Source of the DNA: Flavobacteriales bacterium
GTDB lineage: Bacteria; Bacteroidota; Bacteroidia; Flavobacteriales_D; Parvicellaceae
Assembly (NCBI GenBank): GCA_020635565.1
Contig: JACJZN010000010.1
Span: 16,154-80,153 of the forward strand
Length of the DNA stretch: 64,000 bases
Direction: 5' to 3'
Made by a program: the position numbers and the translations under genes. Below the pieces are notes generated by a model. That model was not told the origin of the DNA. It made no database searches and saw only the letters and a list, made by a program, of their open reading frames with translations. Below, piece after piece: positions 57,478 to 64,000 of this stretch (position 1 is the first letter of the stretch; each line of letters opens with the position of its first letter).

Positions 57478-58140
57478 ATGATCATGAAATCAATATTATT
57501 TTCCCTTTTTTTAATTGTCGTGTCAAATGCGAGCTATGGTCAACTGTATAACATCCGACTTGGAGGAAATGCTTCATTGGGAGGTACTCTAACAACTTTA
57601 ACGGTTGCCAACACACAATCTGACGAGGATACATCTGCAGTTTTGGCGAGTTTCATGCCGATAAATGTAGATATTACTCCATGGAAATTTTTGAGTTTCA
57701 ATGCTGGATTTAAAATTGGAAGTTGGCTGAATGAAGATCCGAATGACGACAATATCATTATCAAGCAAAAAACTACTAGTGCGATCATGTTTGGTTTTAA
57801 ACTATATCCTCTCATGAAGGATAATTTCAATCTATATTTTGGATATGACCTTGGTATTGGAGGATTCAAAACTGTTAAAGAAACCTCAGGCGTCTTCTTC
57901 GTCTCTGAAGTTCAGAAATGGAAGGGAATCAACCAAAATATCAACTTTGGAATGAACTGGTACTTTGGAGGAGCTTTTGGTATGTTTTTTCAAACTGGAT
58001 ATACTGGATACAATCTTAATTTGAAGGAATTCACCTGGAATAATGAGGATCAAATGGAAGCTTTTGACCTTTCAGCAAATATGATTGTTAAAGGTGCTCA
58101 ACTAGAATTAGGTTTCACATATAAAATTGGAGGTATTTAG
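57478..58140 (+). CDS. Hypothetical outer-membrane beta-barrel protein
   Basis: Signal peptide, alternating Gly/aromatic strands, LGFTYKI near the C-terminus. Confidence 0.7.
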   Translation: MIMKSILFSLFLIVVSNASYGQLYNIRLGGNASLGGTLTTLTVANTQSDEDTSAVLASFMPINVDITPWKFLSFNAGFKIGSWLNEDPNDDNIIIKQKTTSAIMFGFKLYPLMKDNFNLYFGYDLGIGGFKTVKETSGVFFVSEVQKWKGINQNINFGMNWYFGGAFGMFFQTGYTGYNLNLKEFTWNNEDQMEAFDLSANMIVKGAQLELGFTYKIGGI

Positions 58141-58145
58141 AAGAT

Positions 58146-59204
58146 ATGGAGTTCTTAGAAAAAGATTTTTGGAGTAATAGTATTTTAGATTGGTCAATTG
58201 CACTTGGTGCTATTTTGCTTTGTTATATAGGAGCAAAAGGACTGCTTTGGGTAACCAATAGGTTTGTAAAAAAATATACAGGAAAAACAAAGACGCAGCT
58301 GGATGACCTTCTGATCGACATGTTAGAAGAACCAATAGCTGTTGCTATTACTATAGCTGGATTTTTCTGGGCAGTAAGTTTTCTTAATGTTCCGGATCCT
58401 GATGTAGAGAACTTTCTCAATAAGCTTTTAATTTTTGCTTTGGTAATTGACCTAACCTGGCTTGTAGCAAGAACTGCTGATGCAATGATACAAACCTATC
58501 TGGTTCCGATGACAGAGAAGTCAGAAAGTTCATTTGATGACCAGCTTCTTCCTATCGTTCAGAAAGGACTAAAAGCTGTGATCTGGATCCTAGGAGTAAT
58601 TCTTGCCCTGGACAATTTGAACGTAGATATAGGAGCCATGATTGCTGGTCTAGGAATTGGAGGTCTGGCTCTTGCTCTTGCAGCTCAAGATGCCGTAAAA
58701 AACATTTTCGGAGGTATTATGGTATTTGTTGACAAACCTTTCAAGATCAATGACCGAGTGCAGGTACATGGATATGATGGTGTAGTCGAAGAGGTAGGCT
58801 TAAGAAGTACAAGAATCAGAACCTTAGAAGGTAGATTAGTTGTGATGCCTAACTCGCTCTTTGTGGACAATGAGGTGACTAATATCACCTCAGAACCAAC
58901 AAGAAAAGTAGTATTAAATTTGGGGCTAACGTATGATGCAACACCGGAAGATATTGAAAAAGGACTTACTCTGCTTGGAGAGATATCACAAAGAAATGCA
59001 GACATCATTGAACCAGATTCTCCGAAAGGATTTACCAGTTTTGGTGATTTTTCTTTAGGATTGACATTTGTGTACTTCATTAAAAAAGATGCGGATATTC
59101 TAGCCACTCAAACAAAAATGCACTTGGATATCTTGAAAACCTTCAATGAAAATGGTTTGGAATTTGCATTCCCTACACAAACAATCTACAAAAAGGAACT
59201 TTGA
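58146..59204 (+). CDS. Small-conductance mechanosensitive channel (MscS family)
   Basis: GLGIGGLALALAAQD, DKPFKIND, GLRSTRIRT and IEFAFPT-like tail. Confidence 0.95.
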   Translation: MEFLEKDFWSNSILDWSIALGAILLCYIGAKGLLWVTNRFVKKYTGKTKTQLDDLLIDMLEEPIAVAITIAGFFWAVSFLNVPDPDVENFLNKLLIFALVIDLTWLVARTADAMIQTYLVPMTEKSESSFDDQLLPIVQKGLKAVIWILGVILALDNLNVDIGAMIAGLGIGGLALALAAQDAVKNIFGGIMVFVDKPFKINDRVQVHGYDGVVEEVGLRSTRIRTLEGRLVVMPNSLFVDNEVTNITSEPTRKVVLNLGLTYDATPEDIEKGLTLLGEISQRNADIIEPDSPKGFTSFGDFSLGLTFVYFIKKDADILATQTKMHLDILKTFNENGLEFAFPTQTIYKKEL

Positions 59205-60145
59205 TCAAATTCATTTTTATAGCGATCCTAAATCTGTTTTACTTTCAGAGTATTTCTCAGCATAAGGAAACAGAGATCATTGCCACACATAATTCTGACA
59301 CGCTTTGGGGAACACTTTGTTCTCCTCAACAATCAATTGACACATCACAACCTTTGGTTCTGATCATTGCTGGAAGTGGACCAACTGACAGAAATGGCAA
59401 CAATTCTGTGATGACCAATAATTCACTTCAAATGTTAGCTCATGATCTGGCCAAACTAGGCATAGCAAGTATTAGATATGACAAACGAGGTGTTGGTGCC
59501 AGCTTTAAAGCATATATCCCTGAGATTGATCTAACATTCGAAGACAATGTGAACATTGCAGAAGAATTCTACGACTACGGTAAAAAACAAGGTTACCAAA
59601 AGATAATAATAGCTGGACACAGCGAGGGCTCTCTCATTGGCATTCTACTATCTCAAAGAAAAAAACCAGCTGGTTTTATCAGCCTTGCTGGAGCAGGCAG
59701 ACCGATACAAGATGTACTAAAAGAACAGTATAATGTTACAGCACCAATAGTTAGAGATTCTGCCCATGTGATCATTGATCTACTCGCTTCTGGAGTTAAG
59801 GTAGACACTTTATCTCCTTGGCTTTACAGTGTATTCAGACCTGCCATTCAACCTTATTTGATTAGCTGGATGAAATACATTCCAAACGAAGAAATTAATA
59901 AACTATCCTGTCCATCTCTCATTATCCAAGGAGAAAGAGACTTACAGGTAACTAAGGAAGATGCAACCGAGTTAGGAAAGGATTTACCTGAGAATTCAGT
60001 TGTTCTGATTGAAACTATGAATCACGTTCTGAAGAAAGTTGATGATGACAAAGCAGACAACAAAGCTTCTTACAATGATCCAGTCAGACCACTTCATCCA
60101 GACCTGATCTTTACCATGGTGTCCTTCATCAAACAACTTCCATAA
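59201..60145 (+). CDS. Secreted alpha/beta hydrolase
   Basis: GSGPTDRNGN, RYDKRG, GHSEG, D.QV and MNHVLK. Confidence 0.92.
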   Translation: MIKFIFIAILNLFYFQSISQHKETEIIATHNSDTLWGTLCSPQQSIDTSQPLVLIIAGSGPTDRNGNNSVMTNNSLQMLAHDLAKLGIASIRYDKRGVGASFKAYIPEIDLTFEDNVNIAEEFYDYGKKQGYQKIIIAGHSEGSLIGILLSQRKKPAGFISLAGAGRPIQDVLKEQYNVTAPIVRDSAHVIIDLLASGVKVDTLSPWLYSVFRPAIQPYLISWMKYIPNEEINKLSCPSLIIQGERDLQVTKEDATELGKDLPENSVVLIETMNHVLKKVDDDKADNKASYNDPVRPLHPDLIFTMVSFIKQLP

Positions 60146-60204
60146 TTCGGGTTGAAGAGTAATAATAATTCCACTACCTTTGCGGACTTATAAACTGAAT
60201 ATTT

Positions 60205-61018
60205 ATGTCCACTCACGTTGAAGTCAAAAGAGTAACTACCCACACCCTACTAGAAATGAAAGCACGAGGAGAAAAGATCTCCATGCTCACTGCTTATGAT
60301 TATACAATGGGCAGAATCGTTGACCAAGCAGGAATGGATGTCATCTTGGTTGGAGATTCAGCTAGCAACGTAATGGCCGGACACGAAACAACCGTGCCGA
60401 TTACACTTGATCAAATGATCTATCACGCAGCAAGTGTTATTCGTGCCATTAAAAGATCTTTAGTGGTGGTAGACCTTCCATTTGGAGCTTATCAAGGTGA
60501 CAGTAAAGAAGCATTGAGATCTGCTATACGAATCATGAAGGAGGCCGAAGCTCACAGTGTAAAACTAGAAGGAGGTAGAGAGATTATTGAATCTGTCAAC
60601 AGAATATTAAGTGCTGGAATTCCAGTGATGGGGCATCTTGGATTGACTCCCAGAGTATCTATAAGTTTGGAACGTACACCGTAAGAGCTAAAGAATCAGA
60701 GGAAGCAAAAAGACTCATAGAAGATGCTCTACTTCTGCAAGAAGCAGGTGTCTTTGCTTTGGTATTGGAGAAAGTTCCTGCCAAACTAGCTACACAGGTA
60801 GCAGAAAAACTTACAATTCCGGTGATCGGTATTGGTGCCGGTGGAGGAGTAGACGGACAGGTACTTGTTATGCACGATATGCTTGGAATAACTCAAGAAT
60901 TCTCTCCTCGATTTTTGAGACGTTACCACAACCTATATCAAGAGATGTTAGGTGCATTTGAGAACTACATTTCAGATGTTAAGGCAGGGGATTTCCCTAA
61001 TGAAAAGAACAGTATTAA
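60205..61018 (+). pseudogene. panB: 3-methyl-2-oxobutanoate hydroxymethyltransferase, frameshifted in this sequence (probably sequencing error)
   Basis: MLTAYD, LVGDS, VKLEGG, GHLGLTP|QSIYKFG, IGIGAG and DGQVLV. One base is missing in the C-run at 60649-60651 and one in the A-run at 61003-61006. Confidence 0.9.
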
Positions 61019-61035
61019 TTTGCTAACCCATTCTG

Positions 61036-61724
61036 ATGAGTAAACTTGACGTATTATACGAAGACAATCACCTAATCGCAGTTTGTAAAAAAGCTACCGA
61101 ACTTGTTCAAGGTGACAAAACAGAAGATAAACCTCTTGTTGAGATTGTTAGGAATTACATCAAGGAAAAATATGACAAACCAGGCGATGTATTTCTAGGT
61201 GTAGTTCATCGTTTGGATAGACCTGTGGGTGGCGTGGTTGTGTTTGCCAGAACCAGCAAAGCACTTACTAGAATGAATGCTCTATTTCAGGAAAAAAGTT
61301 CAAAAAACCTACTGGGCAATTGTGGAACAATCCTTACCAAGTGAAAATGGAACACTTGATTCATTACTTGAAGAAGAATCAGGAAAAGAATCGATCGAGA
61401 GCATATGAAACTGAGGTGAAAGAAAGTAAAAAATCTGAACTGGATTTTAAACTACTAGGAAGAAGTAAGAATTACTTCTACGTTGAAATCAAACCTAAAA
61501 CAGGTAGACATCATCAAATTCGTGTTCAATTGAGTCACATAGGCTGTCCAATAAAGGGAGATGTAAAATACGGAGGAAAAAGGACCAATAAAGATGGCTC
61601 GATACATTTATTTGGAAGATCCATTGAATTCGAACATCCGGTGAAGAAAGAAATGATTAGAATTACTGCGAAACCGCCTCAAGGAGATCCACTATGGAAG
61701 GAACTTAGCTCACTTGCCAGCTAA
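61036..61724 (+). pseudogene. RluA-family pseudouridine synthase, frameshifted in this sequence (probably sequencing error)
   Basis: LYEDNH, VHRLDRP, then KTYWAIV in a second frame and TGRHHQIR...GDVKYG in a third. Shifts are at the A-run 61292-61297 and near 61345-61356. Confidence 0.88.
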
Positions 61725-61730
61725 AGTCCA

Positions 61731-63473
61731 CTAACTAGTAATCTGTACCTTTTTATTTGTATTTGCTTCTGCCAGCGACTCCGTAATGTTATGTATATGA
61801 TCTCCCACCTTCTCTAATCCACTGTACAGATTACTGAAGACAACTGTAGAATTACTATTATACTCTTCTTTATTCAGTGATTCAAAATGCCAAGCTCGAA
61901 TAATATTTCTGGCCTCATTGATTTCTAGTTCTAGATCATCCGCTGCCTTAACATCATACTTTCCTTTGAACATGGAAGAGATGTTTTTATTCATAACAGT
62001 AAATGCTTCATTCACTTTATCAATAAGTTCTATAAGCTTTGCTCTTTGATCTGGGCTAAACCAAACCTTTTCATTTTCCTTCTTCTCAAGAACTTTTGAT
62101 AATTGAAAATAGATATCACCAATAGACTCCAGATCTGATGCTACCGCTAAAACAGCTCCCATTTTTCTCGAAGCATCCCTCCCCATTGGTAGCTGTGCTA
62201 CCCTACCTAAATACTCAATGATCTCTAACTCGATTCGATCGGTTATATCCTCATATTTCTCTAGCTTTTTGCTAAGTTTTTTCTTCTGTTTCTTTTCTGT
62301 TGCTGACAACATTTTCTTTAGAAATCCATTCATTCTAAATACAATATCACCAAACCTTTCCAACTCCTTTTGAGCCTGCATAATCGACAATTCAGCGGTG
62401 CTCATCATCCCACCACCGATAAACTCTAAATGATATTCCTCATCTGAGCCAGACTTTACCTTCACCATTTTAATAACAGTGGTCTCCAATTTATTTACAA
62501 ACCAGATTAATATGAAAGTATTGACAATGTTAAAGCATAAATGAAACACTGCTAGCGACCACTGGATTTTAGATGTTTCTATTTGAGCATCTGTTCCTTC
62601 AGCGAAGAAATTGTCGAAAAACGTGTTATTGACAATATATTTCGCCATATCAAGGAACCAATAAAAAACAAACATCATCCATATCACACCTATGATATTG
62701 AAGAAGAGATGTGCTCGAGCAGCTCGCTTAGCATGGACATTACCTATCAGAGCGGCCAAATTTGCTGTGACAGTGGTCCCTATATTCTCTCCAAGTACAA
62801 TTGCGGCACCATATTCCAAAGGCAATCCATTTGATCCACACAACGTAATGGTTATTGCCATTGCAGCAGAGCTAGACTGAACAACAATAGTCAATAAAGC
62901 TCCAAGGAAAACAAAAAACAAAACCGAACCAAATCCATATTGACTCAAAGGCTCAACATAATCCCATAATAACTCGGGATTCTTTTGAATAAATGACATA
63001 CTCTCTTTCAGCGCATCCAATCCAAGAAAAAGAATAGCAAAGCCTATCAAGAACTCACCGATCGATCTTATTCTCTGGTTACTCAGAAACAGCATTGGTA
63101 CTCCAAAAGCCATAATTGGCAAAGAATAATCTGATATGCTAAATTTTCCAAAACTAAAGAACATGATCAAGAACGCTGTCATTGTCGTACCGATGTTAGC
63201 CCCCATAATGACTCCGATAGCTTGTCTAAGAGTCAATAGTTTGGCATTCACAAAACTCACTACCATAACTGTAGTAGCACTAGAAGACTGAATAATACTT
63301 GTAGTTAAAAATCCAGTGAGTACTCCTGTAAATCTATTGGAGGTTGCAGCAGCGAGAATGCTCCTTAACTGCTCGCCAGCGGCCTTTTGAACTCCCTCAC
63401 TCATTATCTTCATACCAAAGATGAAGAACCCCAACGAACCAATTACCTTTAAAACAGTATATAAAGTATCCAT
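61731..63473 (-). CDS. Na+/phosphate cotransporter family protein with PhoU-like C-terminal domains
   Basis: Two QSSS repeats, GANIGTT/GENIGTT, and LESIGD/LEKVGDH PhoU-like helices. Confidence 0.95.
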   Translation of the reverse strand: MDTLYTVLKVIGSLGFFIFGMKIMSEGVQKAAGEQLRSILAAATSNRFTGVLTGFLTTSIIQSSSATTVMVVSFVNAKLLTLRQAIGVIMGANIGTTMTAFLIMFFSFGKFSISDYSLPIMAFGVPMLFLSNQRIRSIGEFLIGFAILFLGLDALKESMSFIQKNPELLWDYVEPLSQYGFGSVLFFVFLGALLTIVVQSSSAAMAITITLCGSNGLPLEYGAAIVLGENIGTTVTANLAALIGNVHAKRAARAHLFFNIIGVIWMMFVFYWFLDMAKYIVNNTFFDNFFAEGTDAQIETSKIQWSLAVFHLCFNIVNTFILIWFVNKLETTVIKMVKVKSGSDEEYHLEFIGGGMMSTAELSIMQAQKELERFGDIVFRMNGFLKKMLSATEKKQKKKLSKKLEKYEDITDRIELEIIEYLGRVAQLPMGRDASRKMGAVLAVASDLESIGDIYFQLSKVLEKKENEKVWFSPDQRAKLIELIDKVNEAFTVMNKNISSMFKGKYDVKAADDLELEINEARNIIRAWHFESLNKEEYNSNSTVVFSNLYSGLEKVGDHIHNITESLAEANTNKKVQITS

Positions 63474-63543
63474 TCTTAGACTTATATTAAATCAAACGCA
63501 CATGCGCAAGAGCGCAAATTTACGAGACTTTTAAAGTGACTGA

Positions 63544-63598
63544 GTAACCCTATGTTAAGATAATATTAAACTTACAGAGGAATTAACTTATCTTTAAA
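63544..63598. promoter_or_regulatory. Candidate Pho-box-like 11-bp-phased direct repeats
   Basis: GTAAC/TTAAG/TTAAA at 63544/63555/63566 and TTAAC/TTAAA at 63583/63594, between the divergent -7 elements at 63515-63522 (-) and 63637-63644 (+). Confidence 0.45.
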
Positions 63599-63658
63599 TA
63601 CAATGTCTTAATTTCGAAAACACGATGTTATTGTCCTAACTTTGCACAAACAAGCTAT

Positions 63659-64000
63659 ATGATGATAGAGAGAAAACACAAGATTTTAGTTGTAGATGAT
63701 GAAGAAGACATATTAACAATGCTTAAATATAGTCTTGAAAAAGAAGGGTTCGAAGTAAAAACTGCAAATAATGGAAAGTCTTGTATCTCTAAAGCCTTGG
63801 ACTTCTATCCGGATCTAATAATTCTGGATGTAATGATGCCGGAAATGGATGGAATGGAGACATGTGTTGAACTGAGAAAACTTCCAGAGCTTGATCAAAC
63901 AATTATTTGTTTCTTAACCGCCCGCACTGAAGATTACTCTCAAATAGCAGGATATGATAGTGGAGCAGATGACTATGTTACTAAACCCGTGAAACCAAGA
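63659..64000 (+). CDS. Response regulator receiver domain, PhoB/PhoP-like (runs off the window end)
   Basis: Hand translation MMIERKHKILVVDDEEDI...LIILDVMMPEMDG...FLTARTEDYSQIAGYDSGADDYVTKP. The output domain is outside the window. Confidence 0.9.
   Translation, partial: MMIERKHKILVVDDEEDILTMLKYSLEKEGFEVKTANNGKSCISKALDFYPDLIILDVMMPEMDGMETCVELRKLPELDQTIICFLTARTEDYSQIAGYDSGADDYVTKPVKPR

Noticed and set aside
60640-61360. Programmed ribosomal frameshifting in panB or the RluA-family gene
   Set aside because: Each gene would need two shifts, none is known for these families, and the indels cluster at homopolymers.

Overview
This is an AT-rich, gene-dense chromosomal window from a member of the Bacteroidota, probably Flavobacteriales. 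The assignment rests on TAnnTTTG promoters, no evident Shine-Dalgarno sites, T9SS cargo proteins and a fused ccoNO gene. I saw no rRNA, tRNA, CRISPR array or mobile element. From left to right the window holds: a photolyase 3' end, ahcY, nfu, ndk and other housekeeping genes; a candidate extracellular nucleic-acid utilisation locus (two DNase I-like nucleases, a TonB-dependent transporter and two OB-fold surface proteins, 6.7-16 kb); msrA; a tandem array of six small Cys-rich lipoproteins, one with an in-frame stop (19.6-21.7 kb); sppA; and a 1705-aa repeat protein with a stand-alone copy of its N-terminal domain. Next comes a microaerobic island (34.4-57.4 kb) with a FixL-like PAS kinase, a REC-Crp/Fnr fusion regulator, a universal stress protein, the cbb3 oxidase cluster, a type I secretion-like operon with a degenerate ATPase, and an MbnP/MbnH-type copper operon. 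The right end has mscS, frameshifted panB and RluA-family genes (probably sequencing errors), a Na/Pi cotransporter and a partial PhoB-like regulator. Two signals read directly from the DNA stand out. (1) Two consecutive operons each begin with a near-leaderless exported ORF ending in Pro-Pro, followed by a hairpin that spans its stop codon and covers the next gene's initiation region, which suggests translation-arrest leaders. (2) Tandem TGA-N6-TCA boxes recur with the same 22-bp and 42-bp geometry before three operons. Family names come from motif recognition, not from database searches.
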